Shown one piece after another: positions 1 through 9,408 of a DNA stretch of 64,000 bases (positions are counted from its first letter, which is position 1; every line of letters starts with the position of its first letter). The stretch lies in IMG/VR virus record IMGVR_UViG_3300044707_000881. One strand, written 5' to 3'. This DNA is from an uncultured virus (IMG/VR IMGVR_UViG_3300044707_000881). Lineage: Duplodnaviria; Heunggongvirae; Uroviricota; Caudoviricetes. The translations under genes and the position numbers were made by a program. The notes under the pieces are model-generated. The model saw only the letters and a list, made by a program, of their open reading frames with translations, was not told where the DNA came from and made no database searches.

Positions 1-121
1 TTAATTGGACTACACCTACTTTTTTATAATAACATAAAATCAATATTTTGTTCGTTTCGTCGCTGTAGCCTTCTTTGTTTTCGCTACGCTCAAATACAAT
101 TTGGGCTACGCAACTCAACTC

Positions 122-168
122 ACGCGCCATTCATCCCACGCTCCTAAGAGTGAGACGTGGGGCTTCTG
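122..168. mobile_element. Possible IS200/IS605-family end hairpin (element would extend beyond window start)
   Basis: ATTCATCCCACGC...GACGTGGGGCTTCT resembles the sub-terminal palindromes of IS200/IS605 elements; no transposase in window. Confidence 0.35.
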
Positions 169-295
169 TCGGTTAAACTAACGAAAAAAGGGGTTTCGGT
201 TTTACTTAATTAGTTCTTTCTATATCATGATAAGTTATTCGGTTTTTGGATAACTAGGCTCGCACAATCATTAACTCGTTATTTGTAGAGGCGAG

Positions 296-541
296 TTAAT
301 GATTGTCAAACGTTACGCCGAAGTCAACACCTAGCACTTCCTCCAGCTTCTTTAGGGTTGAGTAGGCGATAGCCTCGACCATTCCTGTTTCAAACCTGTG
401 TAATGAAGTGCGATTAATTCCAGCGTCTCTAGCGACTTGCGCTAAGGGTTTTTCTCCCCTCGCCTCTTTCAATCGCCGCGATAAATCGGGGATTTCTACT
501 TCTTGAGTACGGCGGACTTTCATTTTGCTAATCATGGTCAA
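296..541 (-). CDS. XRE/Cro-CI family HTH repressor
   Basis: RLKEARGEKPLAQVARDAGINRTSLHRFETG HTH motif; divergent from a strong promoter. Confidence 0.85.
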   Translation of the reverse strand: MTMISKMKVRRTQEVEIPDLSRRLKEARGEKPLAQVARDAGINRTSLHRFETGMVEAIAYSTLKKLEEVLGVDFGVTFDNH

Positions 542-599
542 CTTTTCCTTTATGTTACGTGATGCTTATCAGATTTCATAATAATCTTTATTTTTCCTC

Positions 600-628
600 T
601 TGACAAGTGTTACGCAACAGGCTACTAT
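600..628 (+). promoter_or_regulatory. Sigma70-type early promoter
   Basis: TTGACA-17 bp-TACTAT; imperfect palindrome TGTTACGCAACA in the spacer may be an operator. Confidence 0.75.
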
Positions 629-712
629 AGAAATATAAAGAAGGCAGCCGCTACACCGTCCAAAGTCAAGCAACTGCCTCCTGTCAAACCCCGTAAAAAG
701 GTCTAACTAATT

Positions 713-1546
713 ATGACACATCCAAAGTACACCGCCAAATATTTACTCAAAAAAGGCATTAGCTACTGTAAGCAAATCGCCAAAAAGTTAGGAATTGCTC
801 CAGAAGGTGACAAAAGACAATTATTTACATGGGTAGAGGCAATCATTGAGCATCAATCTACCCAGGTTCAGAAGATTGAGATTGTAGAAGCAACAATTAA
901 TTTCAACTCTGAAAGCTGGGACAGCGAGGCTTATGAGGTAATCGTTAACAGTGAAGTCGTTCACCAATGTAGTAGCTACCAATTAGCAGAACGCTACTGC
1001 AAATGGCAGGGCTACATACTCGTAGACAGTCAAGCCTTAGCCCAAAACGAGTTAGAGGTTGAGTTAGAAGTGCAAGCAGCAGAGGCTTCTGAAATCAGCT
1101 TTATTTCCTCTGATGACTTCTTTAATTTTGAAGCCATTGTACACAACGACGTACACAACGTCATTGCTACAATTGAGCGGGATTCTGATAATGGTGAATG
1201 GATTGCCAGAATGGGTGAAGGCAGTTTCTCATTTGATTCCTATGTAGATGCTGAACAGTATATTAAAGATGAGTATGTAGGCATGATTGAAGACGAGCGC
1301 GGCAGTGGTCGCATAACTCCCCCTATCGGAGACATGGGTATGACTATCGAAGATTCAAACTTTATCCATGATTTTGGGCAAAGCTACACACTCAGAGTTC
1401 ATGGGGCGCTCGCTGGGGATATCTTCCTGGATGATGATCTGGGCTGGACTATGAATGGTGAGGATTTTAGCCAAGACTGGCAGCCCGTAGCTAAAGAGTT
1501 GATCAGATTGACTCGTCGTGAATATGAACATTTGTTAGCAGCTTAG
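713..1546 (+). CDS. Acidic hypothetical early protein
   Basis: 277-aa ORF directly after promoter; no recognised family. Confidence 0.7.
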   Translation: MTHPKYTAKYLLKKGISYCKQIAKKLGIAPEGDKRQLFTWVEAIIEHQSTQVQKIEIVEATINFNSESWDSEAYEVIVNSEVVHQCSSYQLAERYCKWQGYILVDSQALAQNELEVELEVQAAEASEISFISSDDFFNFEAIVHNDVHNVIATIERDSDNGEWIARMGEGSFSFDSYVDAEQYIKDEYVGMIEDERGSGRITPPIGDMGMTIEDSNFIHDFGQSYTLRVHGALAGDIFLDDDLGWTMNGEDFSQDWQPVAKELIRLTRREYEHLLAA

Positions 1547-1633
1547 ATAATTTTCTTGGGGCGTAATTGCCCCTATTCAAAAACATTTTAGAGGAAGATA
1601 AAGATTGTTTAGAAGAATTATTCAGAGGTTAAA

Positions 1634-2287
1634 ATGATTGAACTAATTAAGGCGTTGATCAAAGCGCGGGCGGAGTTTCCGCCCATCGAAAAAGACAAAA
1701 CTAATCCTCATTTTAAAATGAGCTATGCGTCGCTAGATTCAGTCTTGGACGCAGTTACCCCACACCTTTGTAAGAACGGATTAGCAATAGTTCAAATCAT
1801 GGAAAAGGGGGGCATTTTAAAAACCCAATTATTCCATGAATCGGGTGAAGTTCTGACTTCGGAATATGAACTTCCTGATATTCAAGACTCTCAGAAAAAG
1901 GGCGCGGCTCTCACTTATGCCCGTCGTTATTCGGTGTGTGCTTTATTGAGTATTACAGCCGACGAAGACGACGACGCAAATAGCACAAAAACTAACGGCA
2001 ATGGCAAACAATCAGCACTGGCTATTGGCGACACCATTAAACAAGTCAGGGAATTTTTAAAAGTTGATAAAAGCTGGGTTCTAGCTTGGTTGTCCAGTCA
2101 TCAAGTTCCATCAATTAATGATTTAAAAAATGCCGATCAACTCATTAAAGATATGTGCATTGATTGGGCGATTTCCCAAGGGGCTGAAAATTCATCAGCC
2201 CTTGAAAGTTACACGGATAATGTTAAAAAAACAGATTTAACATCGGTTCAAAAATGGCAACAAGTGTTGTTTAGAGGTGGTCAATAA
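1634..2287 (+). CDS. ERF-family ssDNA annealing recombinase
   Basis: KDKTNPHFKMSYASL...GAALTYARRYS...DEDDDAN are ERF motifs; RBS GAGG upstream. Confidence 0.9.
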   Translation: MIELIKALIKARAEFPPIEKDKTNPHFKMSYASLDSVLDAVTPHLCKNGLAIVQIMEKGGILKTQLFHESGEVLTSEYELPDIQDSQKKGAALTYARRYSVCALLSITADEDDDANSTKTNGNGKQSALAIGDTIKQVREFLKVDKSWVLAWLSSHQVPSINDLKNADQLIKDMCIDWAISQGAENSSALESYTDNVKKTDLTSVQKWQQVLFRGGQ

Positions 2288-2616
2288 TGCCTGATTTTAA
2301 TATGCGGTGTAGATTGTCTGATCCAGGACAATACAGGTTGTCAAAGACTAAAATTAGTAGACTTGAGTTTGGCTGGTGGTATGTACGTTATTGCTTTGTT
2401 TTTCATCCATACGCAGCTTTTGACGTATTTTGCGAAGAATACAAAAAACAGAACAATATTGACGATGATGTTGAGGTTTTAGATATTTTTGATCATTACA
2501 AAGACTTCAAAGAACCATCAGGAATTTTGCCGACGCTAATTAATGAAGTGAGCAAATGTGTTTTCAGAATAAAACTCTTATTTAGTAAAGTAAAAGCTAA
2601 GGGTCTGCCATTTTAA
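2287..2616 (+). CDS. Hypothetical protein
   Basis: Translationally coupled (TAATG) to the ERF gene. Confidence 0.6.
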   Translation: MPDFNMRCRLSDPGQYRLSKTKISRLEFGWWYVRYCFVFHPYAAFDVFCEEYKKQNNIDDDVEVLDIFDHYKDFKEPSGILPTLINEVSKCVFRIKLLFSKVKAKGLPF

Positions 2617-4112
2617 CCCGCCAAACCCCTGACCTGTTTCTTCCCTGATTTCCGTTCCCGTGTCTCTTTCTTAAACGGATAAATAGCATGAATTAGATAA
2701 CCCGCTGCATCACTCAAGTGAGAAAGTAGCGGGTTATCTGTTTTATTGATGCCCTCATCACTCCACGTTACTTGCTCCAAATCCTTGATAAAGTTTTGGC
2801 AGTTGGCAAAATGGATGTAACAACGGTTTTGGCGGAAAAGTTGATTAACTGAGTGAACCCGATTAACTACAAACGGGTTAGCGTCGGCAAACTTGCGAAC
2901 CAAATAACCTTTACCTCGCAGTGCTGCTAGTGGCTCTAATCCCTGAAACACAATATCCCACGATGACAACCGACTAGCCGCAGTTCGAGCGCGTCCGGTG
3001 GCATCTCCAAATATTTGTATTTCCGGTGGTATGCCGTGCTTCTCTACCCAGTCCACAATGCTTTCCGTGAGTTCCCAAATGTCGGAATCCATCAGAAACC
3101 ATTCTTTGCAAAAGTGAATCTCATTTCCCCGTTTTTGGGCTGCTAGACAAACTATAGGCGTGTGGTTAAAGTCAAAGGTTAGGAGTAGTGGTAAATTTGG
3201 GTCATATTCCAAAAGTTCCGCGTCCTCATCCTGAAAGGCGTGTTTGGTGCGGTCGAAGTATTTGTAAATTAAACCCTGTACCGTGTTGATGAACTGTCCC
3301 ATGACCTCCTGCTGGTACAGTTCATCGCTATAGTTTGCCTCTAGGGATGCTACATAATCCTCGCCTAAATGCTTTTTATTCTCCAGTGACGACATCGAGA
3401 CAATTTGGTAAATCCGTTTTAACTCCTCGCTGCGTGTCGGATCTCCAAATTTGTCCCACAGATAGTTATATCCGGCTGGTGACGTGGTTAATATTCCTTG
3501 ACCCTTGAGCGTACCTGGACCACGCCCCAATCTTCCATCAATTGTTAGGAAAGCCTTCTCCGGCGTGTATGCAAACTCATCACCCCAAAACCACCGGATT
3601 TGTAGACCACGCCCCGCTTGAGTTGAACCAGCAAAAGCCGACGCACTCAGGACGTAAACGAACGCCCGATCTGGTCCAATATAGCAGCGTTGGCAGTTGG
3701 CGATCGCTAAAGCCTGATCTTCTGCCGATTCACGCCAAGGTTCAAGGGGAATATTGAACATCCGGCAAACTTCGACTAATGCCAGAAGGGATGCCCTCGA
3801 TAGCTGCCCGTAGCTATTTGCCGATATCATACCTCTAGCATCCGGCGCAAGCAAAGCGCGAGAACAAGCCCAAACTGCACCGGAGAAAGATTTTCCTGAT
3901 CCTATTCCCCCAATAGCCGCTCCCCATCTCTGCGTTAGGGGTTCTACGTCCTGCCACCCCATCATATCAAGAAACCGCGCTTGTCCTCCGGGGTTCGGCT
4001 CAAATTCCTCAAACAGCGTGATCTTACTCTCACCTTGTGACTCTACCGCCAAGGCTTGCTGTGTTGATGATTCAAGATTGAGTAACGTTCCCCACCCGCT
4101 CATGAAACACAT
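2613..4112 (-). CDS. terL: Terminase large subunit
   Basis: Walker A GGIGSGKS, Walker B FWGDE, motif III TTSP, RNase H-like nuclease FDFN and HLSDAAGY. Confidence 0.92.
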   Translation of the reverse strand: MCFMSGWGTLLNLESSTQQALAVESQGESKITLFEEFEPNPGGQARFLDMMGWQDVEPLTQRWGAAIGGIGSGKSFSGAVWACSRALLAPDARGMISANSYGQLSRASLLALVEVCRMFNIPLEPWRESAEDQALAIANCQRCYIGPDRAFVYVLSASAFAGSTQAGRGLQIRWFWGDEFAYTPEKAFLTIDGRLGRGPGTLKGQGILTTSPAGYNYLWDKFGDPTRSEELKRIYQIVSMSSLENKKHLGEDYVASLEANYSDELYQQEVMGQFINTVQGLIYKYFDRTKHAFQDEDAELLEYDPNLPLLLTFDFNHTPIVCLAAQKRGNEIHFCKEWFLMDSDIWELTESIVDWVEKHGIPPEIQIFGDATGRARTAASRLSSWDIVFQGLEPLAALRGKGYLVRKFADANPFVVNRVHSVNQLFRQNRCYIHFANCQNFIKDLEQVTWSDEGINKTDNPLLSHLSDAAGYLIHAIYPFKKETRERKSGKKQVRGLAG

Positions 4113-4507
4113 CCTTCCGGGATAGGCGGGATTTTACTTCCAAAATCTTCATTGCCTTCTATGCTCAAAACCTTAAAAGAAGGCAGCTTATAAACGGCGT
4201 GTGACAGATCTAGATTATTTGGATTTTCCGTGGAATAGACATGTCCCTGAAATCCAGTTGAAACCTCAATCTCTCTGTCCCAAGCACTTAGAGCCATCCT
4301 TTCTACGCCTTTTTTGGCACTTGCTTTTTCCGCAAGGGCTTTTAGCTTGTCTTTTTCGTCACTCGCTGCTTGGTAGCTTTGAACTTTCACAACAGGATTA
4401 ACGCGAAGAAAAGGATCATTATGCTCCGTCTCAACTTCAACGCTTGCCCAAGTTATTCCTTTTTCGCCTATGTCACCAAATGGACACCATTCGAGTTTAA
4501 TTTTCAT
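4100..4507 (-). CDS. Hypothetical protein
   Basis: 135-aa ORF overlapping both neighbours in the same orientation. Confidence 0.6.
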   Translation of the reverse strand: MKIKLEWCPFGDIGEKGITWASVEVETEHNDPFLRVNPVVKVQSYQAASDEKDKLKALAEKASAKKGVERMALSAWDREIEVSTGFQGHVYSTENPNNLDLSHAVYKLPSFKVLSIEGNEDFGSKIPPIPEGCVS

Positions 4508-5540
4508 GTAAAATTGCTCCTAAAACAAAATTAAAATGTTCTGGATCTTGCTTGTAAAAATGAGACATCAGTCCGGGATCGCGGAAACGCTCAACCCCCG
4601 TTGAAATAACCTCGGTAGGAGTGCCAGCATTTCCATATATTTTCCCTACGTAAGGGTCTATAAAATTACCTGGGAATGCCATTTCAGTATCTCTGTAATT
4701 TTCTCCAGTAATGTCTTTTAATTTCATAGGCTTGTCGGATGTAGCCCGATCTTCAATGAATTTTCTTGACGCGACGGCTAACTGGCGATTCTCAAATTCC
4801 ATATAATGCGCGTATTCGTGAAAGACCTGGAGGCGATCAATTTTCTCTTCTAATTGTAATTCTCCGTTTGGATTTGCACTGGCTCTGTCTGCTTCACTTG
4901 TTACTTTGTTTATCTTTTTCGCGCCCTTACCACCTGTTACCGCATAAACATTCACTAAAGCATCAAGAGTTATTTTCTTGTTTTCGCCTGTGAGTCCGCG
5001 AGTATCTACCGAATCAGCCCATAATTCTGCATCTTCTCTATCAATTTTATGATGGGCTGCTATTCTCCGCATCGTTTCTCTTGTGGCTGATTCAAATTCT
5101 TTTTGGGCCAGTAAGGTTTTCTCGTCCAATTCTTTTAAACGTTTTTCATCTCGTTTGTAGAAATCTCCGTTTTTTTTAAACTTGTTCTTTCCCATTATTT
5201 CTAAGAAGGCACTCTTTTTTTCGGACAGAGCATCGTCTAGCGACTTTAGTGCTTTCCCCATAGTTTGATCGGAAAACTCCTTCCCTATGCCAATCAAAGC
5301 TCTGTGATCCGCGGAGTCAGCTTTATATGATGTAGGCGTAGTTTTACCAGGTTTGTCGGTGTCTTTCTTGGTAGTTTTACCAGGTTTGTCGGTGTCTTTC
5401 TCGGTAATTTTACCAGGTTGAGCGGAATCCCCGGTTTTTTTTGATTTCAAGCAATCTTTAAGCTTGGAAATGCAGGAATTCCCGCAAGGTGTACCATTCT
5501 TGCAAATTTTTTCCTTAAAATCGTTTAGTCTTTTGCCCAT
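4497..5540 (-). CDS. Zincin-like metallopeptidase-domain protein with N-terminal Cys motif
   Basis: FHEYAH (HExxH) plus downstream EVISTGVE; N-terminal CKNGTPCGNSCISKLKDC; repeated KDTDKPGKTT linker. Confidence 0.6.
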   Translation of the reverse strand: MGKRLNDFKEKICKNGTPCGNSCISKLKDCLKSKKTGDSAQPGKITEKDTDKPGKTTKKDTDKPGKTTPTSYKADSADHRALIGIGKEFSDQTMGKALKSLDDALSEKKSAFLEIMGKNKFKKNGDFYKRDEKRLKELDEKTLLAQKEFESATRETMRRIAAHHKIDREDAELWADSVDTRGLTGENKKITLDALVNVYAVTGGKGAKKINKVTSEADRASANPNGELQLEEKIDRLQVFHEYAHYMEFENRQLAVASRKFIEDRATSDKPMKLKDITGENYRDTEMAFPGNFIDPYVGKIYGNAGTPTEVISTGVERFRDPGLMSHFYKQDPEHFNFVLGAILHEN

Positions 5541-5603
5541 ACCGATACCCAGGATTCTGTTTCAGTAAGCTTTCCCTAATTTGAAAAAATTTTCTAAAAC
5601 CTA

Positions 5604-5632
5604 TTGACAATATTTTGTTAGACTGTTACTAT
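5604..5632 (+). promoter_or_regulatory. Early promoter (variant of the repeated cassette promoter)
   Basis: TTGACA-17-TACTAT with extended -10 TG. Confidence 0.8.
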
Positions 5633-5675
5633 CATGGAGTGAGAGAAAAACAACTAGCAACTAGCAGGACAAAAA

Positions 5676-5909
5676 ATGACTTACTACATCAACATGAAAG
5701 ATTCTGGCAAAGTAGCTAAAATCATGACAGAAACAGGCAACACCTGGACAGCTAGGATCAATGGCACTTTAGAGGAAATTCTTGATTATTACATGGGGAA
5801 AAAATTTAATGTTGGGCTGAGACCATCTGACAGAATAGAAACAGTGAAATATGTGGAGGTATTTGATGCTAATGGGATATTGTTGGGCAAGGGATTAAGA
5901 AACACATAA
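5676..5909 (+). CDS. Small early hypothetical protein
   Basis: Own promoter, RBS AGGA and terminator; contains no CpG. Confidence 0.75.
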   Translation: MTYYINMKDSGKVAKIMTETGNTWTARINGTLEEILDYYMGKKFNVGLRPSDRIETVKYVEVFDANGILLGKGLRNT

Positions 5910-5913
5910 ACCA

Positions 5914-5943
5914 AAAGCACACCTCATGAGGTGTGCTTTCTTT
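5914..5943 (+). terminator. Rho-independent terminator
   Basis: AAAGCACACCTC-AT-GAGGTGTGCTTT hairpin followed by T-rich run. Confidence 0.75.
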
Positions 5944-5994
5944 ATCCCTACGAAATTTGTGAGAGTTCAACAGGAATATTAGGAGTATAGCACG

Positions 5995-6201
5995 ATGGAC
6001 GACAATTTAAAAAAAGCTCAACAGAATTACGAGAAATCCGAAAAAGGCAAGGCGCGACGCAAGCGTTACCGCCAGAAGCCTGAAGTCAGGGAACGTGAAC
6101 GGGAATTAGACCGCGAACGCAAGGAGTATAAACGGGAATATATGCGGGAATTTATGCGACAGAAACGGGCAAAGTTGAAGGAAGAAAAACAAGGTGAATG
6201 A
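5995..6201 (+). CDS. Small highly charged helical protein
   Basis: RBS AGGAG; K/R/E-rich 68 aa; CpG-rich, unlike its neighbours. Confidence 0.65.
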   Translation: MDDNLKKAQQNYEKSEKGKARRKRYRQKPEVRERERELDRERKEYKREYMREFMRQKRAKLKEEKQGE

Positions 6202-6337
6202 TGCGGTGAACCCTCTATTTTGAGGGTTTTTAATGATAAAAAAATTTCCAAAAAAACTTTCCAAAACCCCTTGACAAATATTTGTTATCCTGTTACTATA
6301 TAAGAGTGAGAGAAAAAAACAACAGGAAACAAAAACA

Positions 6338-6595
6338 ATGTTTGTTACATTTGAAACCATAGAATCTAAACAAATCACAATTGACATCACTGGAGTAAGT
6401 GGCTGGGATAATGAGCAATTAACAAGATATGCCTGTGAACAATTGAATACAGACTACACAGATTATCAAGGAAGAAGTAGAAAACTGAAAAAAGGGGCAG
6501 TAGTAACTCCAATAAACTGGAGACCTCTAAAAGTCTCTTACAGACAAGAACTTACCATAAAAAGACCACCTAGGAAGTATTCAGTAGTTTTCTAA
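6338..6595 (+). CDS. Small early hypothetical protein
   Basis: Starts at the ATG ending the promoter repeat; terminator hairpin at ~6613-6649. Confidence 0.75.
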   Translation: MFVTFETIESKQITIDITGVSGWDNEQLTRYACEQLNTDYTDYQGRSRKLKKGAVVTPINWRPLKVSYRQELTIKRPPRKYSVVF

Positions 6596-6753
6596 ACATA
6601 AAACCTAAGCATAATACCCTGGATTAGTGATAGTCCAGGGTATTTTTTTAGTCAAAAAAAATTTCCAAAAAAACTTTCCAAAACCCCTTGACAAATATTT
6701 GTTATCCTGTTACTATATAAGAGTGAGAGAAAAAACAACAGGAAACAAAAACA

Positions 6754-7050
6754 ATGATTAATGTCTACTATGCCTGCCTCCTAGATGAAGAAAACTGCCC
6801 AGAAATCACTACAGCATCAAGAAAAAGGGCTTTAGAATTAGCTCAACAAAAAACCAGCAACCCTGTATCAGTAGCAGTATTTGAAAAGGGGGAATATCTG
6901 GTATTTTATGAGAAAATTTCAGTTGATGAGACATTGCCTGAGAACAGGGGATATACTATAAAAGCCATTATCAATGACTTAACTCCTCAGTGTAGTGATG
7001 CAGAATATTCCTCTCATAGAAAAGTTAAAGTTACCTCCCAAGAGTGCTAA
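6754..7050 (+). CDS. Small early hypothetical protein
   Basis: Starts at the ATG ending the promoter repeat; hairpin at ~7077-7103. Confidence 0.75.
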   Translation: MINVYYACLLDEENCPEITTASRKRALELAQQKTSNPVSVAVFEKGEYLVFYEKISVDETLPENRGYTIKAIINDLTPQCSDAEYSSHRKVKVTSQEC

Positions 7051-7219
7051 GACTGAAATATTTGTCCTATTCTTAGTAACCCAGTGCATAAAACACTGGG
7101 TTATTTCATGTTACCTAAGTCAAAAAAAATTTCCAAAAAAACTTTCCAAAACCCCTTGACAAATATTTGTTATCCTGTTACTATATAAGAGTGAGAGAAA
7201 AAACAACAGGAAACAAAAA

Positions 7220-8218
7220 ATGAGAGTAGCAGAAATTAACACCACAGAACTAAATTTAGACCCCAAAAGATTTCAATACAAACTAGTCCACAATTCAACA
7301 GGTGCTACTGGTTCATTATCAAATATTGATTCTTGGAATGTTTACTTGTCTGGGATTGTTCTAGTATGGGGAGATCCCACAGATGGGAAAATTTATGTAG
7401 TCAATGGACATAACAGAGTTAACCTAGCTAAAAAATTGGGAACTGTTGAGAAAATTTTATGTAGGTTCATAGATGCCCAAAATCACACAGAAGCTAGGTT
7501 AACAGGTGCATTAGCTAACATTGCAGAAGGCATGGGAACTGCTGTTGATGCAGCTAAATTTTTCAGAGATTCTAGTTACAGCATTAATCAAGTAAAAAAC
7601 TTTGGTATCAATCCAAAATTAAAAATTGTGCAAGATGGGTTAAGTCTCTCAAATTTGGTTAGTTTCTTGTTTGACAAAGTTGCCATTGGTGATATTCCCA
7701 TTGATAAGGGTGTGATTTTAGGAAGTGTGGGGACTAGAGAACAGCTGGAAGTATGGGAACTAATCAAAGGTAAGCAGGTGAGCAGCAAAGCACTAGATGA
7801 GATTATTTCAAACATTCTTAACCCTGCAAGTGGGCAAACATCACTTTTTAACCTGTTCAATCAAGATAGTCAAGATGATGAATTAACCAAGCTGGAATTA
7901 GTTGCACAGGTGAGAGTCAAGCTACAAAGATCCAAAAAGTTGCTACATCTAGTTTCAAATCAAGGCAATGCTTCATTCTTGGAGTCAATTGGTAACAATC
8001 TCAATCAAGCTGGCAACTTATCAGCTAGTGAGTTAACCCATTATGTCCTGCAAATATTTGACCAACTAAAAAACCAACATTCTCCAGTGAGTGAGATTTT
8101 GAATAGTGGTGTTGATGCTAAAAAGTCTGGCAAGTCAATGACAACCATTGTTGATGACTGTGTTAGTCAGTTGATCACAGTCATCCCCAAAATGATTAAT
8201 CAAAAAGTTGCTGCATAA
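7220..8218 (+). CDS. ParB/Srx N-terminal-domain protein (early)
   Basis: DPKRFQYK...KIYVVNGHNRV ParB-like signature. Confidence 0.7.
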   Translation: MRVAEINTTELNLDPKRFQYKLVHNSTGATGSLSNIDSWNVYLSGIVLVWGDPTDGKIYVVNGHNRVNLAKKLGTVEKILCRFIDAQNHTEARLTGALANIAEGMGTAVDAAKFFRDSSYSINQVKNFGINPKLKIVQDGLSLSNLVSFLFDKVAIGDIPIDKGVILGSVGTREQLEVWELIKGKQVSSKALDEIISNILNPASGQTSLFNLFNQDSQDDELTKLELVAQVRVKLQRSKKLLHLVSNQGNASFLESIGNNLNQAGNLSASELTHYVLQIFDQLKNQHSPVSEILNSGVDAKKSGKSMTTIVDDCVSQLITVIPKMINQKVAA

Positions 8219-8234
8219 CCAAGAATTTTAACCC

Positions 8235-8267
8235 AGTTGATCACTTGTCACAGTGATCAACTTTTTT
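8235..8267 (+). terminator. Rho-independent terminator
   Basis: AGTTGATCACT-TGTCAC-AGTGATCAACT followed by T-run. Confidence 0.75.
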
Positions 8268-8283
8268 GCATTTTGAGGTAAAA

Positions 8284-8820
8284 ATGAAATACAGACAATT
8301 ATCAATTTTTGACTTGCATCCACAATCAGATCCACAGGTGAGAGCCAAGGCAACTAAAAAAACTCACACCACACCACAAGAACCTAAAAAATCAGTGATT
8401 GACAAAATCAAAGCAATTTCCATCCATGCCCCCCATGCCTATGCCATCTGCATGGGTAAAAAACCTTATGAATACAGAAACTCACCCACCAAAAAAAGAG
8501 GTTGGGTATTGATTCACAGCAGTTCTAGCAAGGCAAGTGACTCATTTTTTGAGGACTATGGGATTGACAAAAAAATAGCTGCTAGAGGGGCAATAATTGG
8601 GGCAAGTTTCATAACTGACTGTATAGGTGGTGAAAGTGCCATAACTCAACATGGGGGGTATGCCTACAGGATGACAAGATCAATGCTGTTTCCTGCCCCT
8701 ATTTTGGGTGTCAAGGGGTGTCAGGCAATCTTTTGGGGACATTGTAAAGATCCCCAAAAAATCAAGGCATTTAACCAAGCATTAGAACAGATGGGAATTG
8801 ACCTGAAAGTGAGAGGATAG
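8284..8820 (+). CDS. ASCH domain protein
   Basis: AISIHAPHAYAICMGKKPYEYR...RGWVLIHSS...GAIIG; ATG at 8284 preferred (RBS GAGG). Confidence 0.85.
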   Translation: MKYRQLSIFDLHPQSDPQVRAKATKKTHTTPQEPKKSVIDKIKAISIHAPHAYAICMGKKPYEYRNSPTKKRGWVLIHSSSSKASDSFFEDYGIDKKIAARGAIIGASFITDCIGGESAITQHGGYAYRMTRSMLFPAPILGVKGCQAIFWGHCKDPQKIKAFNQALEQMGIDLKVRG

Positions 8821-8874
8821 GCAATCTGGGGGAGAAATCCCCCTTGTTTTTGGCAACATACAACAGGCTATAAT

Positions 8875-9408
8875 ATGGGTTATTTGGATGCAACCATGAA
8901 ACCCATAGCCTACTCAATGCGCCCCGAAGAAGCCTTAAAACTGGCAATTGGGGAAATCAGAATTATTTTAACAACTCAGGCAGAATCAAAGCGGAAAATC
9001 CTGTTTCACGCTTGCAGCTACGACACAACGGAACAGGAAAACGCCGGATTTAAAGCGATCGCACAGTTAGGGTTTTCGCCTGAAGAAGTGCCAACTAATT
9101 CAATTATTGGCTGGGCGAAAATTGCAGACGTGAAAACCTACGACGCGGCAAAATTTGCAATTGACGGGAAACTTCACGGACACGGATTTGATTTAAACCA
9201 GTTTCTTGCTGCTGAAGGTTGGCAAGGTCAACAAGTTTACGGATTAGTTTTAGAGGAACAACATTATTTAAACCTGCCAATTATGGGCGTGGGTTCAGAA
9301 TATGTACACGGCGACTTCTGGGAAGCACAAAGCCCGTTTCAAGTGGTGGCATTTGAACGGGCTTTAGATGCTGGGAGTGTTGATATTGCGGCTGCTGTGG
9401 GGTATTAA
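8875..9408 (+). CDS. Divergent ASCH-like protein
   Basis: AYSMRPEEA...ILFHA...NSIIGWAKIADV; lacks the GxKxxExR motif. Confidence 0.6.
   Translation: MGYLDATMKPIAYSMRPEEALKLAIGEIRIILTTQAESKRKILFHACSYDTTEQENAGFKAIAQLGFSPEEVPTNSIIGWAKIADVKTYDAAKFAIDGKLHGHGFDLNQFLAAEGWQGQQVYGLVLEEQHYLNLPIMGVGSEYVHGDFWEAQSPFQVVAFERALDAGSVDIAAAVGY

Larger units (their letters stand above)
6238..7222 (+). repeat. Three near-identical ~100-bp promoter+5'UTR repeats (~6238-6340, ~6654-6756, ~7122-7222)
   Basis: AAAATTTCCAAAAAAACTTTCCAAAACCCCTTGACAAATATTTGTTATCCTGTTACTATATAAGAGTGAGAGAAAAAA(A)CAACAGGAAACAAAAA..ATG; TTGACA at 6271, 6688, 7156. Confidence 0.95.

Noticed and set aside
6238..7222. 100-bp repeats as a CRISPR-like array
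   Set aside because: They are promoter+RBS units separated by whole genes.
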